DNA from: Octopus vulgaris
Taxonomy: Eukaryota
Direction of reading: 5' to 3'
DNA length: 64,000 bases
Assembly (NCBI GenBank): GCA_951406725.2
Contig: OX597817.1
Location: forward strand, 87,730,001-87,794,000
Shown: positions 53,561 to 64,000 of the stretch, piece by piece
How positions within the stretch are numbered: position 1 is the stretch's first letter
How the letters are laid out: each line of letters opens with the position of its first letter
The notes under the pieces: model-generated
The model's database searches: none
The model's input: only the letters and a program-made list of their open reading frames with translations
Told to the model about the DNA's origin: nothing
Program-made: the position numbers and the translations under genes

Positions 53561-55091
53561 CAGCCATAATGTCATTGCAAATTCTGTCCATTCACACACA
53601 CTTAACAGGTTTCTTCTAATAGTTTTAGGTTTTCTATTTAATTATTTCTCTGCAGGGTGTCTATTGATAAAAACATTATTAACTATATATATATATATAC
53701 ACACACACATGCACATGCTCACATATTTGCATATACATACATATAAAGAGAGCGAGGCATAGTCATGGCTTGATAATCACACATGTTTTCATGTTCAGTC
53801 CTACTGTGCAACACCTCAGACAAGTGTCTTCTGCTGAAGCCTCAGGCTGACTAAATCCCTGTTACTGAATTTGTTTGATAGGAACCAAAAAAGAAGCCAG
53901 ATAAAATACATACATACATGTTTTCAGTTACCATCATCATCATTTAACGTTTGTTTTCAATGTTGGCATGGGTTGGGCAGTTAGACAAGAGCTGGAAAGC
54001 CAAAGGGCTGCACCAGTCTGTTTTAGCATGATTTCTATGACTGGATGCCCTTCCTAACCTCAACCACTTTACAGAGTGTATGGATGTTTTTTATATGGCA
54101 CCAGGACAGGTGCTTTTTACATGGCTCCAGCACAGGTGCTTTTTATATGGCAGCACCACCAGGTACTTTTTACATAGCACCAGCATACACTTTTTAAGTG
54201 ACACAAGCTCCAGCAGGGTTCCCAAGTAACTTGCAAGATAAAAGACTTCTCAGCTGTGAGAGGGATTGGTATAAAGGGAAGTGCTTGTGTGCCAGAGAAG
54301 AGTTTAGAGTATGAATAAAGGGATAAAGATAGTTGTCTTGCTATAGAGGAGATATTTGGCTACCCCACTAGGACAAGGGAGGAGAGGAAAGTGGAAGGGA
54401 GTTAGAGAGAAAGATAGAAAGACAGTCGAAGTGAGAGAGAGAGAAAAATGGTGTTGGAGCTGTATTGGGGTTTACCCACAGGGAACAGTAAAAGGGAGAG
54501 TATAAGTAGTAGAGAGGGGATGGAGGAGATGTTCCATAAGAGTGTGAGAGATGTTTAGAGGTGGGGAAGACATGACTGTAGCAAGTGATGGTGAGAGAAA
54601 TTGGAGTGGCTGGAGTGGAGTATGGTAGATTTGTGAGGGCATTGAGAGTGTGTGGACAGATATGTGAACGAAAGTTGAGGGCCTGCAGCAGATGAGGTGC
54701 ACAAGGGAGAGTGGAAGGGAGGGGCCTGCAGCAACTTGTGGGGGTGCTGGGAAGATGGGTTGTGAGGAAGTTTTGATAGATAGATTGTGTGTGTGTGTGT
54801 GTGTGAGGGGTTTTGTTGTAAAAGACATGCCTGTATGTACAGATGGTCACAATTTTATTTAGCTTGACATATCTTCTCAAGCACAGTACATTGCCAGAAG
54901 TATTCGTCCCTTGTCATCTCCTCTGTGAGGCTCAACATCTGAAGATTATTTCTCACCACTTCATCCTATGTTTTCCTGTGTCTGCCCTTTTCACAGGTTC
55001 TCTTCACAATTAAAGATTGACACTTCTTTATGCAGCTGTCCTCATCCATACACATCATATGACTATACCATAGCATCTTCTCTCTTGCACA

Positions 55092-55132
<41 letters not shown>

Positions 55133-55884
55133 TATATATATATATGTATACACACACACACATAGGCATGGCTGTGTGGTAAGAAGCTTGCTTCCCAACC
55201 ACATGCTTGGCACCTTGGGCAAGTGTCTACTATAGCATTGAGCTGATCAAGGCCTTGTGTGTGGATTAGGTGGACAGAAACTGAAAGAAGCCTGTTGTGT
55301 GTGTGTGTGTTCTTATCTTGATATCACATGATAACTGTAAATGAGTAACACTGTCATACAAGCAAGTTTGTTCACTTCCAGTCTTCTGTGAAAGACATGC
55401 TTGGCCATGGAGAAACAATGCGTTACTTGGAAACAGTTGAGAGTTGATGATAGGAACAGTATCAAGCCATAGAAAATTCTGATACATTAAATTCCATCCA
55501 ACTCATGCAAGCATGGAAAAGTAGATGTTCCCAGACCAGGCTGTGTGTTGTATTCTTGAGCAACACACTTTATTTCATGTTGTTCCAGTTCACTCAGCTG
55601 TAGAAATGAGTTGCGCCATCACTGGTACCAAGCTGTATTGATGTTTGCCTATCCCTTGGATAACATTGGTGGTGTGGAGAGGGGAGACTGGTATGCATGG
55701 GGGACTGCTGGTCTTCCATAAGCAACTTTGCCCTGGACTTGTGCTTCAGAGGGGAACTTTCTCATAAGGGAAAAAAAATTATTAATTTTTTCCCTTTAAA
55801 TATATTTATTTATATTAAGGGCATTTCTATATATAAATACCTCATGCTAGTGTTTCTTATGGTAGTTTTGAAGTCCCTCCTAGC

Positions 55885-55945
<61 letters not shown>

Positions 55946-56483
55946 GATTTATGTATGTATATATAGATTTATGTATGTATACACATATATATATATATAT
56001 ATATTTATGTATGTATATATATATATATATATTTATGTATGTATATATATATATATATATTTATGTATGTATATATATATATATATATTTATGTATGTAT
56101 ATATATATATATATATTTATGTATGTCTATATATATATATATATATATTTATGTATGTATACATATATATATATTTATGTATGTATACATATATATATAT
56201 TTATGTATGTATACATTCCTGTTTTTAAAAAACATTTTCCTCCTTTTTTACTACTTCCGTCTTTTTAGTATGTGACCTCGTGAAGACTACCTGCAATTTT
56301 TTTTCCTCTGTCCTCCCGTCTCGGGATCTTTCTTTCTCCTGTGTTTCCGACGAAGAGCTCCGCTCGAAACGTCATACCCTCCTTCTTCCATTTTCCTGAG
56401 CGCCTAATAATAATAATACTGTAATTGTTCCACGTGTTGTTTTTTCTGTTTTCCCGTTTGGATTAACCTTATATTTATGTATA

Positions 56484-56518
<35 letters not shown>

Positions 56519-56847
56519 CATTTATATGTATGCATGTATATATATTGTATTTATATATATATATTGCATTTATATTTATGTATGCATGTATATATATTGT
56601 ATTTATATATATATATTGTATTTATATTTATGTATGCATGTATATATATTGTATTTATATATATATATTGCATTTATATTTATGTATGCATGTATATATG
56701 TTGTATTTATATATATATATATTGCATTTATATTTATGTATGCATGTATATATATTGTATTTATATATATATATTGCATTTATATTTATGTATGCATGTA
56801 TATATATTGTATTTATATATATATATTGCATTTATATTTATGTATGT
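55885..56847. repeat. TA-derived compound minisatellites (units of about 28 and 52 bp) with an insert of about 260 bp at 56215-56475
   Basis: Repeated TTTATGTATG(TA)n and TGCATTTATATTTATGTATGCATGTATATATATTGTATTTATA units. Confidence 0.9.
56343..56377 (+). ncRNA. Very minimal PLE-type hammerhead motif
   Basis: GTTT-CCGACGA-A-GAGC-TCC-GCTC-GAAA-CG-TC-ATAC: 4-bp stem II, palindromic ACGT stem III, GUC triplet, one stem I mismatch. Confidence 0.6.
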
Positions 56848-58492
56848 AAGACAGGATGCCCCTGGGGGCTCCTCTATGCTGATGACCTTGCTCTAATTGC
56901 TGAGACACTATCAGAACTGGAGAAGTTTCAGGTGTGGAAGGAAGGTCTAGAATCGAAGAGCCTCAGAATCAATCTAGCCAAAACCAAAGTCCTAATAAGT
57001 AGGAAAGTAGACAAGTCACAAACGCCTTCAGGTAGATGGCCCTGCTCGATCTGTAAAAAAGGTGTAGGTAGAAACTCTATAAGGTGCACCAAGTGCAAGC
57101 TATGGACACATAAGAGGTGTAGCAATGTCAAAGGAAGGCTAACTAGGAAAATAGTTTTTTGCTCAGGAGCAATAAACACTGAAAATGTGCAGAGACCAAC
57201 GTCTACCATGTTCCAGGGAGAAAAACTAGAAGTAGTTGATAGCTTCCGCTACCTAGGTGACCAAGTCAGTAGCAGGGGTGGGTGTGCTGAAAGTGTAACT
57301 GCTAGAGTAAGAATAGCCTGGGCAAAGTTTAGAGAGCTCTTACCCCTGCTGGTGACAAAAGGCCTCTCGCTCAGAGTAAAAGGCAGACTGTATGATGCAT
57401 GTGTATGTACAGCCATGCTACATGGTAGTGAGACATGGGCCGTGACTGCTGAGGATATGCGTAAGCTCGCAAGAAATGAAGCCAGTATGCTCCGATGGAT
57501 GTGTAATGTCAGTGTTCATAATCGACAGAGCGTAAGTACCTTGAGAGAAAAGTTGAACCTAAGAAGCATCAGTTGTGGTGTGCAAGAGAGACGTCTGCGC
57601 TGGTATGGGCATGTGACGAGAATGGGTGAAGATAGTTGTGTGCAAAAGTGCCACACTCTAGCAGTTGAGGGAACCTGTGGAAGAGGTAGACCCAGGAAAA
57701 CCTGGGACGAGGTGGTGAAGCACGACCTTCGAACTTTAGGTCTCACCAAGGAAATGACTAGAGACCGAGACCTATGGAAGTATGCTGTGCGTGAGAAGAC
57801 CCGGCAAGACCAGTGAGAACAGTCAAAATCAAACCAAATCAACATCAGTGGAAATTGCAGCTGTGGTTAAGCGAACCATCCGATCGTTTGTCCATTGCCA
57901 GCCTCGCCTGGCCCCCGTGCCGTTGGCACGTAAAAGCACCATCCGCTCGTGCCCGTTGCCAGCCTCGCCTGGCCTTCGTGCTGGTAGCACGTAAAAGCAC
58001 CATCCGTTCGTGTCCATTGCCAGCCCCACCTGGCCCTCGTGCTGTTGGCATGTAATAGCACCATCCACTGGTGTCCGTTGCCAGCCTCGCCTGGCCCCCG
58101 TGCCGGTAGCACGTAAAAGCACCATCCATTCGTGTCCGTTGCCAGCCTCGCCTGGCCCCCGTGCCGGTAGCACGTAAAAGCACCATCCGTTCGTGTCCGT
58201 TGCCAGCCCCGCCTGGCCCCCGTGCCGGTGGCACGAAAAAAAAAAAAAAAGAAAAACACCATCCGTTCGTGGCCGTTTGCCAGCTCTGTCTGGCACCTGT
58301 GCAGGTGGCACGTAAAAAGCACCCACTACACTCACGGAGTGGTTGGCGTTAGGAAGGGCATCCAGCCGTAGAAACACTGCCAAATCTGACTGGGCCTGAT
58401 GAAGCCTTCCGGCTTCACAGACCCCAGTTAAACCGTCCAACCCATGCTAGCATGGAAAACGGATGCTAAATGATGATGATGATGATGATGAT
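56848..58492 (+). mobile_element. 5'-truncated RTE-clade LINE (from the RT YADD motif)
   Basis: KTGCPWGLLYADDLALIAE...KTKVL...FRYLG...GRGRPRKTW open to 57816; repeat array of about 61-bp units at 57876-58320; (GAT)n tail. Confidence 0.93.
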
Positions 58493-58699
58493 ATATATAT
58501 ATATATATATGTTTATGTATGTATGCATATATACATATTGTATTTATATATATATATATATATGTACGTATGTATATATACATATTGTATCTATATATAT
58601 ATTTATGTATGTATGTATATAGATATGTATTTATATATATATATTTATGTATGTATGTATATAGATATATATTTATATATGTACATATATATATTTATG

Positions 58700-58730
<31 letters not shown>

Positions 58731-58755
58731 TTGTGTGTGTGTATATATATATATT

Positions 58756-58805
<50 letters not shown>

Positions 58806-59539
58806 TGCATATATATATGTTGTGTGTCTGTGTTGAATTCTCCAACATATACATATACATATAAACATGCACACACACATAGACATGTAACTACACTTAA
58901 ATATACAACTTTTACCCTTAGAATGCAATTTCTTCATATTTCTTTACTCCCCCCCCTCTCTCTCTTTCAAGTATAACTTTTTATATCCTGTTCATATTGT
59001 TGTCTTTTTAATCAATGTCTAAAAAGTTAATGTCAAGACTTTTGTTTTTAGTATTTCCTCATTTTCTCTTATTTGTACCATTTTAAATATAAAAAGTAAT
59101 GGGTATTTTTGTCTTGTTTTAAAATATAAGGTAACATTTTAGATATTTGTTGTAGTATTTAAGTTTATGTTCTGTTTTCATTTATTTTAGTCAATATTTC
59201 TGTAAATTTTTTAACTTATCATTCCCAAATACTACATTAAGTGATTTTCTGTGAGTTTTTTTTTTTTTTTCATGTCATATGGAGTAGTTTCGCTGATAGC
59301 AACAATATTTCATATCAACTCCTCCTTACCATAATCATCATAACATCATTGTCATCATCATTATTGTCAACTTCTAAATCAGTGTTTTACAACCAGGTGT
59401 CCTTCCTGCTGCCAACACTTTTCATTTGCCTCTTATGAAATGCAAGGTGTATCTGTTCTAAAACTGCAATATCCACAGTATTTCATACAATTTATCACAC
59501 TGTAGCATTCTGTATATCTTTTTTAATGTAAATATACTG

Positions 59540-59850
59540 TAAAAAGTATATATGATGAGAAAGCTACAACAAATCATGAATATTACTCTCATTGACAAGA
59601 TCAGGAATGAAGAGATCCTACAATATGCTGGCCTGCTTCCTATGATGGAAATCCTCATAGGATAGAAATTTGGTTGGGCCCCATACATAAATCCTTTACT
59701 CCCAACCTTACAAGGGGTAAAAAAACAAGGTAGACCTAGTCTGAGATTCAAAGGTACTGCAAAAGGGAACATGATGTTTGAAGGAATTGGTCATAATAAA
59801 TGGCAAACCCAGGTGAAAAACTGACCAATACGGAGAAAGCTTACCAAGTC
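59540..59850 (+). mobile_element. Old RTE/BovB-like LINE C-terminal fragment
   Basis: DKIRNEEILQYAGL and KQGRPSLRFKG..K..M remnants. Confidence 0.5.
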
Positions 59851-59949
59851 ATGCCAAAGGCACGAGCAGTCATAGTCACAATGACTGACTGCAGTTATGT
59901 ATGTATATATGTGTGCATGTGTGTGTGTGTATATATATGCGTGTGTGTG

Positions 59950-59980
<31 letters not shown>

Positions 59981-60295
59981 TATATTATATTATATTATAT
60001 TGTAAAATATAACAACAATATATTCCAGTTTTGTATACACAACTATAAAAGGCAAAAATTTAACTACTTTTATTTTCTGCATTTATGGATCACACATTGA
60101 AGAGAACAGAATTATGGGATTTATATGTACACACATCCATTATGGATTACTGCAGTAGATTTTACCATGGATGTAAACTCTTCAAACTTTTTAGCACAAG
60201 ATTGTACTAACACACATCTATGCCAGTAACTTTTTAAACAACATCTTTTTCATATATTCTTAAATAGCATTGACTACACAGAAATTCAACCTCTT

Positions 60296-60388
60296 TCTCT
60301 CTGACGAGTGGATGTATTACCTAATAATGATTATTAATTTTAGATTTCAATTCGATGGGTAATACAGTCATGAAACGATCATATGACA
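60296..60388 (+). ncRNA. Decayed hammerhead-like motif with long stem II
   Basis: CTGACGA-GTGGATGTATTACC...GGTAATACAGTCAT-GAAA-CGATC; stem I is poorly preserved. Confidence 0.4.
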
Positions 60389-60714
60389 TTTTAAACTTTT
60401 AAACTTTTTAAATAATCATACTTTATATATTTATACATCTATCTCTTAATACAATATTATTTTGGATATATATCGTATGTGATGATTTTTTGATGTAATT
60501 TTCCTGCTCTTATTTTATAATATAATATATAATCGCTCTTATTAAATGTCTAAATACCTTTAATGTTTTAGACATTTCCCTACCAAGAGCACTTATTAGA
60601 AATTCAGTATATTGTATTCTCATTGAATATATTTGATTAACGCCACTCTATAGGATCTAAGGAATTTAGTATGGTTCTGTATTAGATCTCACTGTCTGCT
60701 GAAAATAGCATTAG

Positions 60715-61030
60715 TATTAACAATTGTATCAATACTGGCAGCAACAACCACAACAACAATAAACAGCAATATTGACACCACAACAACAATAACAATATCA
60801 ACAGCAACAATTGCCATAACAACAACAGCAACAACAATACTTGCAGCAAGAGCAGCAGCAACAACATATAACAATATCAACAACAATAACAGCAACAACA
60901 ACAATCTTTCACAATAGTTACAATAACAACAGTAGTAACACTAATAATGTGAAAAGTAACAACTACAACAAGAATAAATTCCACACTTTTTGTGGAAGAG
61001 CAACAATTACACTAAAAACAACAACAAGTT
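60715..61030. repeat. (CAA/CAG/TAA)n low-complexity tract
   Basis: Seen directly. Confidence 0.9.
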
Positions 61031-62482
61031 AAGACTAGATTCTGTAAAGAAAGTAAAAAGAAAGAAGAAAAAAGCCAAGCAGTTATCGAGACCCTAAAAG
61101 CTTTCAAAGGCATTCAGTTTGCCAAATAAAATACAATTAAGGTATTTTAAATAAGTAGGGTTCAATGTTTTGCCCTCTTCTTTTCTCGCTTAAAGTGCTC
61201 TGAGATGATAAAGAACAACGATATTAAGGAGAAATTTAAGTACCACCAAAGTCAGATTGACTTAATTTCATAATAGAAATGCAATTTAATGTGAAGGATT
61301 TTTTTTTTGTTGGTGAGGGAAAAGGTTGGTGGTGGGGGTTGTGTGGTTGAATTTACTGTTGTTTTCTTGCAACAAGATTTATTTGAAGTCAATTTATAAT
61401 ATGGTTTTCATTGAATAGTTCCACAAACACACACAAGCACACATATGTTTACTGCTTGTGTGTGTACACACATGTGCATACACATTAATACAACAGAAGG
61501 CTTTGTGTAGTCTTTCTTGAGCAAATTAGCTTGCTGAATCCAACCTCTCACCAAGCTATCTCTACTGACAGTGTTCAGCATAACAATGCAAGCTGATATA
61601 TCACTCACAGTTTTTGTGGTACTACTGATGGTAGTAATAAATACTACCATCAGTAGTACTTATTACCTTTCATTCTACCTGGGTTGATACATCCCAGTCA
61701 ATTACATAGGTCCATTCAGTGGACTGTTTCCATCCCCTAGAATTTCAGGAATTGTAAACCATCAGACAAAATGCATTGTGGTATTTCTTCTAGATCTTTA
61801 CAATCTGAGTTCAAATCCTGCTGAAGTCAACTAGCCCCTTCCCTTAAGGTTTCAGGCCTTGTGCCTATATTATTGGGTTGTCCGGAGCATTAACATAGTA
61901 TTATCAATAACAAGAATATAAACCATTTATAACTCTGTGAAGCTGACTATCTACACTCACTAGCTATGCATAAAACAAACACATTTGCATGCATATATAT
62001 ATATCACATGATTGAGCAGACTATTGGATGTTGTTATACATCGCTGGTCATAATGTGGTTTACATCATTTTAGATTTTGAACGATCCCACCTTGCTGGCT
62101 AGGCATAGCCTGGTTGTTAGGATGTTGCACTCATGATCACTAGATTGTGGGTTGGATTCCCAGATGAGGATGCATATTGTGTTCTTGAGCAAAACACTTC
62201 ATTTCACATTGCTTCAGGCCACTCAGCTGTAAATGAGTAACCCTGCAACAGACTAGCCTGCCAATCAGGGGGAATGTTAACCTGTGTACTTTGCCAGCTG
62301 GATGGCATCATTTGGAAGCTAAAATGATGCAAAGTAGACTGTGACCAGTGATGTTTAACAAAGTCCGATAGTTTGGTCAGTTATGTAAGATATATATATA
62401 TACCAAAGGTGTCTGAACTGCTTGCATCTTACTATCAGTGAAAATGGAATGTGAATCTGGTAACTTTTGAAGCATCCTACGT

Positions 62483-62586
62483 CACCTGATGAGGCTATTT
62501 TTTCACTGTACCTTGCATCTGGTGTCATTACATCATCCCACACCCACTAGGGAGCAGTGCAGAATGAAGCTGAGACAATTGTTGTG
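62483..62586 (+). ncRNA. Hammerhead-like motif in an element of about 190 bp between (TA)n tracts
   Basis: CAC-CTGATGA-GGCT(ATTTTTTCACTG)...(CAGTGCAGAAT)GA-AGCT-GAGA-CAATTG-TT-GTG; palindromic stem III; GAAA mutated to GAGA. Confidence 0.5.
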
Positions 62587-62614
62587 CTAATATATATATA
62601 TATATATATATATA

Positions 62615-63130
62615 CTGTGGGCTTCTTTCAGTTTCCGTCTACCAAATCCACTCACAAGGTTGGCCCGAGGCTATAGTAGAAGACACTTGTCCAAGGTGCC
62701 ACACAGTGGGACTGAACCCAGAACCATGTGGTTGGTAAGCAAGCACATGTTATGTGTTTTCATTGATTTTTTTAGGTTGTACATAAAATGTAAATGGAAA
62801 TTGTGTGTGTGGCTATATAGGCACAGGTGCAGCTGTATAGCAAGAAGCTTGCTTCCCAACCATATGATCTGGGGTTCAGTCTTACTGTGTGGCATTTTGT
62901 GCAAGTGTCTTCTACTATAGCCTTGATTGATGAAAGCCTTATGAGTGGATTTGGTAAATGGAAACTGAAAGAAGCCCATTGTGTGTGTGTGTGTGTGTGT
63001 CCCACCACTGCTTTTGAACTGGTGTTGGTGTGTTTACATCCCTGTAACTTAGCAGTTTGGCAAAAGAGACTGATAGAATAAACACCAGGCTTTAAAAATT
63101 AATACTGTGGTAAATCCATTTGACTAAAAT
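62615..63130. mobile_element. Head-to-head pair of same-family SINEs (62615-62745 on -, 62820-63130 on +)
   Basis: GGCTTCTTTCAGTTTCC...AGAAGACACTTG in one copy is the reverse complement of CAAGTGTCTTCT...GGAAACTGAAAGAAGCC in the other. Confidence 0.8.
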
Positions 63131-64000
63131 TCTTCTTGTTACTAAATTTTCCTTAGCAGATTTATCAAGGAAGTATTCCCTCACCTATCTCTTTGTCAAC
63201 TTGGCTCTACTACAAAATGTAATTCCCTTAGCACTTTTCTTAATATCAAAATTCTTCTCTTTGTTCTTAGCTGATGACATCTATTTTTGTCTTACTCAGA
63301 GATTCTACTTCTGCAAGTTATATATTTTTTTTCACTGCTTTCACAGATTCCTGTAATTTTCTGTTGCCAACCAATTCCATTATTATGCATTTGAATTGGA
63401 AGCTTGAGTCATAGTCAATTGTTCATTTGCTGATAACACAACCATAGATGCCACCTCTATGGATGCATTGCAGTTACTCTCTTGATAGAACTTGGGGATC
63501 TGGACTGTTGATTTTCTAGGATTCTTCTGCTCAGAATCAGTTTAAGAAGCACCATTGGCTTAGTTGAGCTCTTCTGCTACCTCTTCACAATTTGTCATGC
63601 TGCTGTCCCATGACTTCACCATATCCCTGGCAGGGTAGCTGAACAGGTGCTATGCCTTGCCGAAGGGTTGCCCATAACTCAGCAGGGTATGGTCATCACT
63701 TCATGAGATATTTTCAAAATACCCACATACCTGTATATCCTTAAATGGAAAACTATTTAAACTTAGGACAAATAATTATCTTAATTACCTTACACTTCAT
63801 TACTATCAACAGAACCAGAATACATGTTTTGGACAGCTTCAAGAAATCAAGCCATATTAGTATTTCTCTGCTTCAAGGTGACAAGCTGGTAGAATTGTTA
63901 GGGTGCTAGACAAAACACTTAGCTACATTTCATTTGTCTTTATGTTCTGATTTCAAATTCCACCAGGGTTGACTTTGCTTTTCATCCTTTCAGGTTCAGT

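Noticed and set aside
53163-53591. Mucin-like or hydrophobic ORFs
   Set aside because: (GGT/AGT)n low-complexity sequence.
56530-56847. N-terminal part of the 428-aa ORF as a fusion protein
   Set aside because: It is a stop-free TA minisatellite that happens to be in frame with the truncated RTE RT.
61871-61886. Mariner element
   Set aside because: Only an isolated TATTGGGTTGTCCGGA TIR stub with no partner or internal sequence.
63120-63740. TBC1D32 exon 5 or an RT with an LADD motif
   Set aside because: No match to the expected VRYEALQ..W segment and no other RT motifs in frame.

Overview
AT-rich, repeat-dense eukaryotic (animal) genomic DNA; the repeat families look like those of Octopus (inference from recall, no search run). 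The only host gene I can support is the 5' part of a TBC1D32/broad-minded (BROMI) ciliary gene on the + strand. Its four coding exons (1985-2178, 34888-35055, 48165-48345, 52725-52799) join in frame through GT-AG introns of about 32.7, 13.1 and 4.4 kb, and the gene continues past the window. The introns hold mariner, Tc1/maT, MULE, hAT and piggyBac-type DNA transposons, non-autonomous Helitrons, RTE and R4/Dong-like LINEs, tRNA-derived SINEs and long (TA)n tracts. Most listed ORFs are microsatellite or antisense-TE artefacts. The main observations are: (1) a young Penelope-like retroelement (GIY-YIG, Hydra-clade-like) inserted as a fold-back in (TA)n, carrying a minimal type I hammerhead ribozyme with a non-canonical core; (2) several other small (TA)n-associated elements with hammerhead motifs, including a head-to-head double-hammerhead palindrome; (3) a PHD-type C4HC3 zinc finger inside the RT domain of the RTE LINE; (4) many long inverted repeats in the pre-mRNA, including alternating RTE copies around exons 3 and 4; (5) an apparent 3' transduction and an inverted duplication of unique DNA around a SINE.
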